NCBI GenBank assembly: GCA_029858565.1
Contig: JAOUEV010000007.1
Location: 1 to 64,000 of the forward strand
Source of the DNA: Nitrospirota bacterium
Lineage (GTDB): Bacteria > Nitrospirota > UBA9217
DNA: 64,000 nucleotides
Direction: 5' to 3'
The position numbers were made by a program, and so were the translations under genes. Shown here piece after piece: positions 1 to 8,513 of this stretch (positions within the stretch are counted from its first letter, which is position 1; every line of letters begins with the position of its first letter). The notes under the pieces are model-generated. The model searched no databases. It had not been told where the DNA came from and saw only the letters and a program-made list of their open reading frames with translations.

Positions 1-115
1 GCATCGACGCGGAAACTGCCAAAAGCCGCGTAGATGCTATGTGAAAGATCAATAGGGCAATGCTGAAATCGTCGTAAAAATCGCGACGAGCGGGTCAGCT
101 CGCTCGAAACTCTAG

Positions 116-577
116 ATTAAAGAGTTTCTTTCGTTGATCGGTGCACCAGTTCCCTATTTTATCCAAATACTGGTAAAAGAAAGTCTTTACGAGATGGAAA
201 GACGCGGGCTAAAGACACTTAGCGCTGACATGATCAAGAAAGCCTACCGCGAAGAAGTACTGGGTCCAGCAAGCAGGACGTACTTCGAGCATTATTTCAC
301 GCGGTTGAAGGATTATTACGATGATAATACCGAGCATGTGGCGAAGCGACTTATTCTCGAAGTTGCGCGGAATACGAGGGCCGGTAAAACTGAATTATTC
401 AGATTGTTCCGTTTGGTAAGTCAGGGCAAAATGGGCGACGAAATGTTCAGTTATCTGATGACAGATTTGGAGAATGATTTCTATGTGATCTATGATATCG
501 AGAAAGAACAATATTATTTCTCAACCAATATCTTGAGAGACTGGTGGCTCAGATATCACGATCTGGTGGAGGAATAA
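116..577 (+). pseudogene. 5'-truncated P-loop ATPase (C-terminal part only), partner of the downstream ATPase-TPR gene
   Basis: Frame is open only after TAG at 113-115; no Walker motifs remain. GAPVPYFIQ and the tail LENDFY..Y.FS.NILRDWW resemble C-termini of ATPase_2/AAA_16-type proteins. Stop is 2 bp before the next ATG. Confidence 0.6.
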
Positions 578-579
578 TC

Positions 580-3162
580 ATGCGATTCTATAAATATACA
601 CCAGGATTGCTTTCCCCGGAAATCATCGAGCAAACTCTTATCGGGCGAGATTTAGAACTAAACAATCTTGAACGCATTATAAAAAATACAGCGACGGGGC
701 AAAGCTGTTCTCATGCGATTCTTATCGGGCCGAAAGGCATCGGCAAAAGTCATCTTTTGCAGATTTTCTATCACAGTATCAACGGAACCATAAAAAGAGA
801 CGGATTTTCAACGTATCGCGAGAAGTTCGTTCCTGTTATTTTCCCTGAGGAAGAGTATCCGGGAAATATCGCGAAGTTTATTAAACTTATTCTTTACTAT
901 TTATCACGAAAGCAAGACTTGACATTACCCCCTATGCCTACAGCACTGACCAATGCTGGTGTACTCGGAGAGAAAGCAAAAGAAGAAGGTATCGAATATA
1001 TAAAAACATTCAGGATGAAAACAGGGAAAAGCTTGCTCCTCCTGGTTGACAATCTGAACGACATTATCGAGCGTTTTACAGAAGAAGATCAGGCAACTTT
1101 GCGAGAATTGTTGACCACCTGTGACAGTTTGCTTCTAGTGGGTGCTGCGCCCACACTCTTCGATTCTATCATTAACCATAATAAACCGCTTTATAACTTT
1201 TTCGAAGTCATATGGCTTAAAGATCTATCGTTTGAGGATAGTATCGCACTCCTGAGGAGATATGCGGATCTTGAAGGCAAGACGGATATCGCGCTGGAGC
1301 TAAGGGAAAAAGAAGCAAAATTGAGAGCCATATACGAGCTGGCCGGCGGTAATCCAAGACTACTTCTAAGTCTTTATCACATTATTGCGGAAAAAGATCT
1401 CTCTTCTGTGGAAGAAACTTTTCTAAAGGTTCTCGATGAACTATCCCCGTATTTTCGAGAACGAATGAAGGATTTGTCCGAGCAACAGCAGGAAATTATT
1501 GATGCGATGGCAAAAGCCGACCGCTTGCTCACACCGACTGAAATTGCAGCAAAATGTCACATGCAAGTTAATATAGTTAATGCTCAGCTTAAGCGGTTGG
1601 AAAAAGTTGGATGTGTAAAGATATCCAAAAAGCATGCAAAAAAAACTTTATACGATTTTAGTGAACGTCTCTTTAGCCTTTGGAGACAGATGAGAATTGA
1701 GGCCGGAAGAAAACGCTTAGGCTTTATCGTTAAATTACTGGAAATATGGTTCACTAGAGATGAATTGTTTGCGTACTTAGATAAAACTCTTGGCACTATA
1801 CGTGAGCGATTAACTAGTGATTTAAGTGGTGTTAAACCGTTTATTGATAGACTCTGGTACATAAAGGAGGCAATAAAAGAATTTAAAGGCCACTCAGAAG
1901 CACACACAGCTTTTCAGCGCAAGGAGCATGATGTAGCTCTTTCTTTGTTGAAAGAGGAAATTCATCGAGCGCCTAATAATCCTGTCTTATGGCATAATCT
2001 TGGGGTTGTCTTTTTTAATCTTAGGAAATTTAAGGATGCATTCACGTCATTCCAGAAGGTTACGCAGCTCAAACCAAATGATTCTGAAGGGTGGGCTAAT
2101 CTTGGTTCAGCTGCTTATGAGTTAGGTGACGCAAATACAGCTATTGACGTGTTGAAGAAAGCTGTTGAAGCGCGACCAGATGACGCGGACACGTGGAACA
2201 ATGTTGGTACTGTTTATTTGAACCTTAAGGAATATACAAACGCTCTCCAAGCCTTCAAGGAGGTAATTAGAATTAGGCCTGCTGATGTTCCAGCGTGGAC
2301 GAATTTAGGAAATACTTATAATAGCATGGGTAAATACGATGAGGCTCTGGATGCCTATAATAACGTATTAAAATACAAACCAGATGATAGTGACGCATGG
2401 AATAATATCGGGGTAACACTTGATAACCTCAAACAGTTCCCGCGTGCGATTGACGCATATAAAAAAGCTATAGAGATAAACACTGATAAACAGCGCACAT
2501 GGTATAACTTGGGCATTACATACGCCAATACGTCAAAATATGAAGAAGCAGCCAATGCATTTGAGCATGCGGTTAAGTTGAGACCGGATAGTCCAGAGTC
2601 GTGGAATAATTTAGGGAGCTCGTATGCAGCTCTTCAGCGGTTCGAGGATGCATTGGTGGCCTATCAGAAATCAATTTCACTTCGTGCTGAAGGTAGTGCT
2701 GCAATATACAATTTAGCTGTAACGTATGATCAACTACATCGCTATGATGAGGCTCTCGATAACTACGAGAAAGCGCTGAAAATTAATTCGAACGAAGCCG
2801 GAGCGTGGAATAATCTTGGCGTTATATATGGTCGACGCAAGAATCTTGAGAAGGCAATTGATTGCTTTCGGCGAAGTTTGTTTATTGATGTCAATGATGA
2901 AGATAGTATTGCTAACTTATTATTTGCTTTTAAACAGGCTATCGAACAGGGAAACATCACAGTGGTTAGTGATGCCTTGTTGTCTATGAAGCAATCAGGT
3001 CAAATTGAATTATTAGCGCAACTATCTCCTTTGTCTGCGTTCGTTAACTACGTGAATACTGGAGATGTTTCAGTGCTAGATAGATTACGTGTAGAGGAGC
3101 GATCTGTAGTTGAAGAAATGATAACAATGTTTAACAAGCATAATAAAATCCGCAATAAGTGA
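580..3162 (+). CDS. STAND-like ATPase with winged HTH and about 10 TPR repeats
   Basis: RBS GGAGG at 568-572, ATG 580; Walker A GPKGIGKS, Walker B LLLLVDN, GGNPRLL motif, HTH LTPTEIAAKC..NAQLKRLEKVG, repeated W.NLG TPR units; AT-rich relative to the rest of the window. Confidence 0.85.
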   Translation: MRFYKYTPGLLSPEIIEQTLIGRDLELNNLERIIKNTATGQSCSHAILIGPKGIGKSHLLQIFYHSINGTIKRDGFSTYREKFVPVIFPEEEYPGNIAKFIKLILYYLSRKQDLTLPPMPTALTNAGVLGEKAKEEGIEYIKTFRMKTGKSLLLLVDNLNDIIERFTEEDQATLRELLTTCDSLLLVGAAPTLFDSIINHNKPLYNFFEVIWLKDLSFEDSIALLRRYADLEGKTDIALELREKEAKLRAIYELAGGNPRLLLSLYHIIAEKDLSSVEETFLKVLDELSPYFRERMKDLSEQQQEIIDAMAKADRLLTPTEIAAKCHMQVNIVNAQLKRLEKVGCVKISKKHAKKTLYDFSERLFSLWRQMRIEAGRKRLGFIVKLLEIWFTRDELFAYLDKTLGTIRERLTSDLSGVKPFIDRLWYIKEAIKEFKGHSEAHTAFQRKEHDVALSLLKEEIHRAPNNPVLWHNLGVVFFNLRKFKDAFTSFQKVTQLKPNDSEGWANLGSAAYELGDANTAIDVLKKAVEARPDDADTWNNVGTVYLNLKEYTNALQAFKEVIRIRPADVPAWTNLGNTYNSMGKYDEALDAYNNVLKYKPDDSDAWNNIGVTLDNLKQFPRAIDAYKKAIEINTDKQRTWYNLGITYANTSKYEEAANAFEHAVKLRPDSPESWNNLGSSYAALQRFEDALVAYQKSISLRAEGSAAIYNLAVTYDQLHRYDEALDNYEKALKINSNEAGAWNNLGVIYGRRKNLEKAIDCFRRSLFIDVNDEDSIANLLFAFKQAIEQGNITVVSDALLSMKQSGQIELLAQLSPLSAFVNYVNTGDVSVLDRLRVEERSVVEEMITMFNKHNKIRNK

Positions 3163-3194
3163 CTGTGGACGAGAGAACCAATAGGGGGCCGTCC

Positions 3195-3234
3195 GGGGTC
3201 AGACATGAATCTGTAGTTATTAACAAGACTATCC
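3195..3234 (+). repeat. Repeat family A (GGGTCAGAC core), copy nearly identical to 7214-7251
   Basis: GGTCAGACATGAATCTGTAGTTATTAACAAGACTATCC vs GGTCAGACATGAATCTGTAGTTATTAACGAGACTATCC (one mismatch). Confidence 0.85.
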
Positions 3235-3261
3235 GAACATTTAGCTTCCGGTCTGTACATA

Positions 3262-3308
3262 TGACATCGAGCGCGATCAAGGCCGGGGAGTGAATTCTCT
3301 CCGGCCTT
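3262..3308. repeat. Repeat family B hairpin (REP-like/terminator), nearly identical to 8315-8361
   Basis: TGACATCGAGCGCGATCAAGGCCGGGGAGTGAATTCTCTCCGGCCTT; the AAGGCCGG...CCGGCCTT stem recurs at 4168, 4376, 6431, 8332, 9332, 22587 and 24080. Confidence 0.85.
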
Positions 3309-3428
3309 TCTTGTCCCTCCTGCTGCCTGTAGCCAACGACATCCTGGCGTCAAGCTTCAGAACTGAGATACTATAAAATATGCCTTTTCGCGCAACTTAC
3401 CTTATACTCTAGATATAAGGGAGGACCT

Positions 3429-3599
3429 ATGAAAGACGAAAAAGCTTGTGGAAGTATTTACGGTTTGGCATTCATCGGCGCGGCGGTATATTTCATTCAG
3501 CATTCAACTTCCTTCTGGGGCGGTGTGCTGGGCTTGCTCAAGGCGGCTGTCTGGCCTGCGATCCTCATGTACAAGCTGCTCGGCTACCTCGGCGTGTGA
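3429..3599 (+). CDS. Small 56-aa two-TM membrane protein (not in ORF track)
   Basis: RBS GGAGG, then MKDEKACGSIYGLAFIGAAVYFIQHSTSFWGGVLGLLKAAVWPAILMYKLLGYLGV*. Confidence 0.7.
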   Translation: MKDEKACGSIYGLAFIGAAVYFIQHSTSFWGGVLGLLKAAVWPAILMYKLLGYLGV

Positions 3600-3611
3600 C
3601 GAAGGAATCCC

Positions 3612-3851
3612 ATGAAAGTCATCATCACCGGAACAACAGGCATGGTGGGCGAGGGCGTTCTGCATGAATGCCTTCTTCATCGAGACGTTGAGTCTGTTCT
3701 GTCCATCAGCAAGCGGCCCTGCGGCATGGAGCATGCCAAGCTGAAAGAGATCCTCCATCAGGACTTTTCCGACTTCAGCTCTATTGAACAGGACCTGGCC
3801 GGGTACAATGCCGCGTTCCTCTGCATGGGCGCTTCTTCCGGGACATCCTAG
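3612..3851 (+). pseudogene. 3'-truncated copy of NAD(P)-binding epimerase/SDR (paralog of 7288-7953)
   Basis: ITGTTGMVG Rossmann motif; closely matches the first ~75 aa of 7288-7953, then stops after FLCMGASSGTS. Confidence 0.85.
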
Positions 3852-4036
3852 AAAGGGCGGGACATTGCTGTCCCGCCCCTGCCACTGAGAGCGCGTTGTC
3901 CGGCCGCCCTTTATGGTGTCGGCGGAAGGAATGTCACGAAATCGTAGTCGACAATACTGAGCCGGCCGTACAAATAGTAGCCATGGATCGTGGTCCAGAT
4001 CCCGCTCCACGTGCTCGTCCAATGAACAGGGACCAT

Positions 4037-4225
4037 GGGGTCAGGTATTGAATGTTTGACTTTGGAACGTTCAGGGCCGACCTCAATTTTATGAGCAACT
4101 TAGGGGACGTTGTTTCTGAGCAACTTAGGGGACGTTGTTTCTGAAATTGCGTTGTGATTAAGCGATCAAGGCCGGAAAGAAAATTCTCTCCGGCCTGTTC
4201 GGGTCAGACTTGAATCTGTGGTTAT
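4037..4225 (+). repeat. Cluster of repeat families A, C (25-bp tandem duplication), B and A
   Basis: GGGGTCAGGTATTGAATGTTTGAC 4037; TGAGCAACTTAGGGGACGTTGTTTC twice (4092-4141); hairpin 4168-4196; GGGTCAGACTTGAATCTGTGGTTAT 4201. Confidence 0.8.
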
Positions 4226-4326
4226 CTATGGATACCCAGTGGTTCTGTATGGTATTCAAACATACCTTGGAGGAGTTGCTGAGTGCACTACGTGTTGAAA
4301 GGCTGGCAGGGAAAACTTGGCATCAC

Positions 4327-4606
4327 GGACGGTAGAGGGTCAGACCTGTAATCCTGTAATGTAGAGAACGTCAACGGCCGGAGAGAGAAATCTTTCCGGC
4401 CTTTTTGTCTTGAACGGATGCTTGATACGTGACGTACAATAATACATTATATGTACGTCACATGGGGAGGCACATATGACCACGAAACTGACCCTGCGAT
4501 TGAACGAGGCCGTTATCAATAAGGCGAAAAAGACTGCAAGCAAAAAGGGCGTTAGCCTGTCGCGCATGGTGGAGGACTATTTCAAGGCAGTTGGGGACCA
4601 GGGAGC
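4327..4606 (+). repeat. 280-bp direct repeat, copy 1 (copy 2 at 6384-6663)
   Basis: Constant offset of 2057 bp with about ten mismatches; contains family A core, family B hairpin, TA operator and the antitoxin 5' half. Confidence 0.95.
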
Positions 4607-4634
4607 TAATACTATCCGGGTCGGACCAAGCTAA
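4476..4634 (+). pseudogene. Truncated copy of RHH antitoxin; tail and stop supplied by repeat family D
   Basis: Identical in protein to 6533-6781 up to AVGDQGA, then NTIRVGPS*. Confidence 0.85.
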
Positions 4635-4715
4635 GTGATTGTTGAACAATCGAAAGCCTGGAAAAGTTCCCTTCAAAATTTCCTTAGAGGTGCCTTTTCA
4701 GGGGCAAAAAGGTAC
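4614..4715 (+). repeat. Repeat family D (ATCCGGGTCGGACCAA..., ~100 bp)
   Basis: Aligns with 19294-19397 over ~100 bp and with 10823-10885 over ~60 bp. Confidence 0.85.
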
Positions 4716-4885
4716 CTGTAAGTATCCGTAATCCAAATTTCACCTGTTCGATTATCTTCAAAACAACTCCCCCGACCTCTCCATGGCTAATGGCTCTGGA
4801 TGAGGATCATTTCTCGACGCAATAAACCATCCGGAAATGTTTATAACTCGTTGATTAATTTATCTTATATATTAAATTTGAGGAC

Positions 4886-5020
4886 AAATACTAATTTGTT
4901 ACTAATATCACTCGTATTAGTATTTACTTGACAATGCTTTAGTATAAATGTAAATTGTATTAGTTTTAGTAGATAATGATAACTACTAATTTCCTACTAA
5001 TCTACTTGCTACTAGTAGTT
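4886..5020 (+). promoter_or_regulatory. sigma70 promoter of fic with multiple TACTAA/TTAGTA operator-like half-sites
   Basis: TTGACA 4928-4933, 17 bp, TAAATT 4951-4956; perfect inverted repeat AAATACTAAT 4886-4895 / ATTAGTATTT 4916-4925. Confidence 0.6.
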
Positions 5021-5031
5021 GGAGCGCCAAA

Positions 5032-6354
5032 ATGAAAATTCCAGAGAAAACACCGGATAGTAGACCTATTGACGTGCCATTAACGCCTGAGATATCAATC
5101 CGGCTTAGCGAAATTATAAGAAAAGCAAACAATGAATATATGTATTGGGATGAATTTAAATACCTAACCATGCCGGTGGGGATTGCGCCTGAGCAGGCAT
5201 GGAGTTTGTTGAAAATGTATCGATTGGTACAAAAAAAATTCATTTCACTCGTCGATTCCCATAACAATCCTTTTTCCTATTGTCTCCCGGATTGTGTTCA
5301 CCGGGACATTCATTATATCGACCAGCAGGCGGGTGGATCGATAGTTGTTGATGATCCATCGGTCGCTTCCGAGGAAAGGCGCAGATACATGATGCGGTCC
5401 CTGGTCGAGGAGGCTATATCGTCAAGCCAGATCGAGGGCGCGGCAACTACGCGAGTTGTCGCAAAAGAAATGTTGAGAACCGGGAGAAAACCGAAAGATC
5501 ATTCAGAACAAATGATTTACAATAATTTTCAGTCGATGCAGATGCTAAAAAAGCATTTGAAGGAACCATTATCTATTGAACTGCTATTAGAGATTCACCG
5601 GCACATGACAAGGGACACACTGGAGGACGCTTCCTGGGCGGGGCGGTTCAGAACGCCTGCGGATGATAAAATCTATGTCTTTGACAACGATGAACAAACC
5701 GTTCTTCATGTACCGCCCGATGCTGCCAAGATTGCCGATTTAATGCAGAAGCTCTGCGATTTTGCCAATAGTGACGGACAGGATGAATTTGTTAATCCGA
5801 TCATCAAAGGGATTCTGCTCCATTTTTGGCTGGCCTACGTTCATCCGTTTATGGACGGAAATGGACGAACCGCGAGAGCGCTCTTCTATTGGTATGTACT
5901 TAAGCACGGATATTGGGGATTCGAATATCTCTCGGTATCCACTGCAATCCTGAGCGCACGGGCGCAATACTATCGATCATTTCTGTATTCTGAGATGGAT
6001 GGCAATGATGCAACTTACTTTATCGTCTATAATCTGAAGGCGCTTCACAAGGCGATTGAAATTCTGAACGAATATATTGCCAGAAAACAAAAAGAGAAAG
6101 ACAACGTAAGAAGACTTTCCGGCAAATATCCCATGCTGAATTATCGGCAAAGATCGCTGCTTGCGGCTGCGTTACAAAAAACAAATGCTGTATACACGAT
6201 TGAAACACACGCTAAAATTCACGGCGTAACGTATCAGACGGCAAGAACAGACCTTCTTGGACTCAAAGATTTAGGATTGCTGATTATGGCTAAATCGGGA
6301 AAGAAATTCATATTTTCAGTAACCGTTGAATCGCTAGCACGAATAGAAAAATAG
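5032..6354 (+). CDS. Fic family protein (class II type) with C-terminal wHTH
   Basis: Canonical HPFMDGNGRTAR; N-terminal inhibitory motif SSQIEG; C-terminal GVTYQTARTDL HTH. Confidence 0.92.
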   Translation: MKIPEKTPDSRPIDVPLTPEISIRLSEIIRKANNEYMYWDEFKYLTMPVGIAPEQAWSLLKMYRLVQKKFISLVDSHNNPFSYCLPDCVHRDIHYIDQQAGGSIVVDDPSVASEERRRYMMRSLVEEAISSSQIEGAATTRVVAKEMLRTGRKPKDHSEQMIYNNFQSMQMLKKHLKEPLSIELLLEIHRHMTRDTLEDASWAGRFRTPADDKIYVFDNDEQTVLHVPPDAAKIADLMQKLCDFANSDGQDEFVNPIIKGILLHFWLAYVHPFMDGNGRTARALFYWYVLKHGYWGFEYLSVSTAILSARAQYYRSFLYSEMDGNDATYFIVYNLKALHKAIEILNEYIARKQKEKDNVRRLSGKYPMLNYRQRSLLAAALQKTNAVYTIETHAKIHGVTYQTARTDLLGLKDLGLLIMAKSGKKFIFSVTVESLARIEK

Positions 6355-6383
6355 CAGCCAAGAATCAAGCGTCTTAGGGTATG

Positions 6384-6663
6384 GGACGATAGAGGGTCAG
6401 ACCTGTAATCCTGTAATGTAGAGAACGTCAAAGGCCGGAGAGAGATATCTTTCCGGCCTTTTTGTCTTGAACGGGTGCTTGACACGTGACGTACAATAAT
6501 ATAATATATGTACGTCACATGGGGAGGCACATATGACCACGAAACTGACCCTGCGATTGAACGAGGCCGTTATCAATAAGGCGAAAAAGACTGCGAGCAA
6601 AAAGGGCGTCAGTCTGTCGCGCATGGTGGAGGACTATTTCAAGGCAGTTGGGGACCAGGGAGC
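6384..6663 (+). repeat. 280-bp direct repeat, copy 2
   Basis: See 4327-4606. Confidence 0.95.
6479..6518 (+). promoter_or_regulatory. TA promoter with palindromic operator
   Basis: TTGACA 6479-6484, 17 bp, TAATAT 6502-6507; inverted repeat GTGACGTACA 6486-6495 / TGTACGTCAC 6509-6518 (also at 4429-4461). Confidence 0.7.
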
Positions 6664-6781
6664 GCAGGAAGTGCGGGAATCGCCGGTCCTGTATGAAATA
6701 TCCGGTGTTCTCTCGGGCAAAAAGGATACGGAACAGCTGCGCGCCGGATACCGGAAGCATCTTGCGGAGAAGTACCGGTGA
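6533..6781 (+). CDS. RHH-type antitoxin (DUF6364-like)
   Basis: MTTKLTLRLNEAVINKAKKTA..GVSLSRMVEDYF; overlaps the PIN gene (GTGA). Confidence 0.85.
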   Translation: MTTKLTLRLNEAVINKAKKTASKKGVSLSRMVEDYFKAVGDQGAQEVRESPVLYEISGVLSGKKDTEQLRAGYRKHLAEKYR

Positions 6782-7200
6782 AGTCCGTTCTCTGCGACAT
6801 CAATGTCATCCTCGACATCTTCCTGAAGCGGGACCCGCATTACACTCCTGCCGCCCGGCTGTTCTCCCTTATCGAAGAAAAGAAGATCAACGGATTTCTG
6901 TCAGCGCAAAGCTTTCCGACGATGTTTTATATCCTGTCGAAAGAGCTGAAACGGGACAAGGCCATGCGGGTGCTCGAAAAGCTCAGGATCGTCTTTCGGG
7001 TGGCGGCTGTCGACGAGAAGGTGATCGATCTTTCGCTCGCCTCGACCTTCAAGGATTTTGAGGACGCTGTGCAGTATTATTCAGCGTTGCACGTGAAGGC
7101 TGACTGTCTGATCACCAGAAACAAGAGCGACTACCGCACGGACCGCCTCCCGATCATGACGCCCGAGGAGTTTCTGGCGATCATGAGAGGAAACACCTAG
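6778..7200 (+). CDS. PIN-domain (VapC-like) toxin
   Basis: VLCDINVILD, DFEDAVQY, LITRNKSDY acidic PIN motifs. Confidence 0.9.
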   Translation: MKSVLCDINVILDIFLKRDPHYTPAARLFSLIEEKKINGFLSAQSFPTMFYILSKELKRDKAMRVLEKLRIVFRVAAVDEKVIDLSLASTFKDFEDAVQYYSALHVKADCLITRNKSDYRTDRLPIMTPEEFLAIMRGNT

Positions 7201-7213
7201 GGGGAGCTGTCCA

Positions 7214-7251
7214 GGTCAGACATGAATCTGTAGTTATTAACGAGACTATCC
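7214..7251 (+). repeat. Repeat family A copy
   Basis: One mismatch to the 3195 copy; starts 13 bp after the PIN stop. Confidence 0.85.
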
Positions 7252-7287
7252 AGGAAGACTCGCAATTAACATGAGGCAAACTTTTCC

Positions 7288-7953
7288 ATGAAGATCCGCG
7301 CGATCATAACAGGGGCAACAGGCATGGTGGGGGAGGGTGTTCTGCAGGAATGCCTTCTCCATCCAGACGTTGAGTCCGTCCTGTCCATCAGCAGGCGGCC
7401 TTGCGGCATGCAGCATGCCAAGCTGAAAGAAATCCTCCATCAGGACTTTTCGAACTTCAGCGCTATCGAACAGGAGCTGTCCGGGTACAATGCGGCTTTC
7501 CTCTGCATGGGCGTGTCCTCCGTGGGCATGAGCGAGGAGAAGTACCGCCACCTCACCTATGACCTCACCATGGCCTTGGCCCGCACGCTTTCCAAACTGA
7601 ACCCTGACATGACGATCTGCTATGTCTCCGGCATGGGCACGGACAGCAGCGAAAAAGGGCGGGTCATGTGGGCGCGGGTGAAAGGAAAGACCGAGAACGA
7701 CCTGCTGGGGCTGCCCTTCCGGTCGGCCTATATGTTCCGTCCTGGCTTCATGAAGCCGACCAAGGGACTCAGGAACACCCATGCAATCTACCGAGTGCTC
7801 GACCCGCTCTTTCCGCTCGCAAATCTGCTCTTCCCCCGCGCACTCCTGACCCTGAAGGAGGTCGGCCTTGCCATGATCAACAGCGTGGGAAGCGGCCCTG
7901 AGAAGCGGGTGCTCGAGATACGCGACATCGCGGCGATGGCCCGGAAGTCCTGA
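7288..7953 (+). CDS. NAD(P)-binding epimerase/atypical SDR (CC3/TIP30-like)
   Basis: ITGATGMVG; VSGMGTDS; WARVKGKTEN; FRPG. Confidence 0.85.
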   Translation: MKIRAIITGATGMVGEGVLQECLLHPDVESVLSISRRPCGMQHAKLKEILHQDFSNFSAIEQELSGYNAAFLCMGVSSVGMSEEKYRHLTYDLTMALARTLSKLNPDMTICYVSGMGTDSSEKGRVMWARVKGKTENDLLGLPFRSAYMFRPGFMKPTKGLRNTHAIYRVLDPLFPLANLLFPRALLTLKEVGLAMINSVGSGPEKRVLEIRDIAAMARKS

Positions 7954-7956
7954 AGG

Positions 7957-7991
7957 GCAGCTTAGGGTACGTTGTTCCTGAAATTGCGTTG
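7957..7991 (+). repeat. Repeat family C copy
   Basis: GCAGCTTAGGGTACGTTGTTCCTGAAATTGCGTTG matches 4120-4154 and in part 19461-19481. Confidence 0.8.
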
Positions 7992-8103
7992 GAGACATCC
8001 GGGGGATGCACACGTTGTGCAGTGCATGAACATTAGCATTGCTATCAAATCGATGAGCCGCTAGAATACCAATGCATTCAATTATATTATTCCGGGGGGG
8101 AAC

Positions 8104-8262
8104 ATGAAAAGGATTACAGCGGCGGTTGCAGCAGGGATGATGGTTTGCGGATTGCTGGTGAGCGGGTGTGAACAAAAGAAGGAAGAGCCGAAGCCGACTC
8201 CTGCGGAGCAGAAGCCCGCGGGTGAGCAGGCGCCGGCAAAGAAATCACCAGTAGGCTGCTGA
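8104..8262 (+). CDS. Small 52-aa lipoprotein (not in ORF track)
   Basis: MKRITAAVAAGMMVCGLLVSG-C lipobox, Pro/Lys/Glu linker, C-terminal PVGC*. Confidence 0.7.
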   Translation: MKRITAAVAAGMMVCGLLVSGCEQKKEEPKPTPAEQKPAGEQAPAKKSPVGC

Positions 8263-8314
8263 TGGCCCGAAACCCGAACGTCTTAGGAACATCTTAGGAT
8301 CAAGTCGTTACAAT

Positions 8315-8361
8315 TGACATCGAGCGCGACCAAGGCCGGGGAGTGAACTCTCTCCGGCCTT
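8315..8361. repeat. Repeat family B hairpin
   Basis: Two mismatches to 3262-3308. Confidence 0.85.
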
Positions 8362-8419
8362 GTTGTTCGAATATATCGCACTGCACGTCAGAATACCCGG
8401 AAAAAACCCTGCTGACGGC

Positions 8420-8448
8420 TTTACATATCCTCACGGTGTTGCTACAAT
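8420..8448 (+). promoter_or_regulatory. sigma70 promoter upstream of carbonic anhydrase
   Basis: TTTACA-17bp-TACAAT with extended TG. Confidence 0.55.
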
Positions 8449-8513
8449 AAAATGACCTTGAGGCTGCTGCACGAAGGGCAGTGTCGGGAAATCATCTATG
8501 AGGAGGAGTGGGG

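Noticed and set aside
4092-4141. Possible CRISPR array
   Set aside because: Only two directly adjacent 25-bp units, no spacer, no cas genes.
8260-8290. Selenocysteine read-through at GC-TGA of the lipoprotein
   Set aside because: No convincing SECIS hairpin after the TGA, and read-through adds only a few residues.
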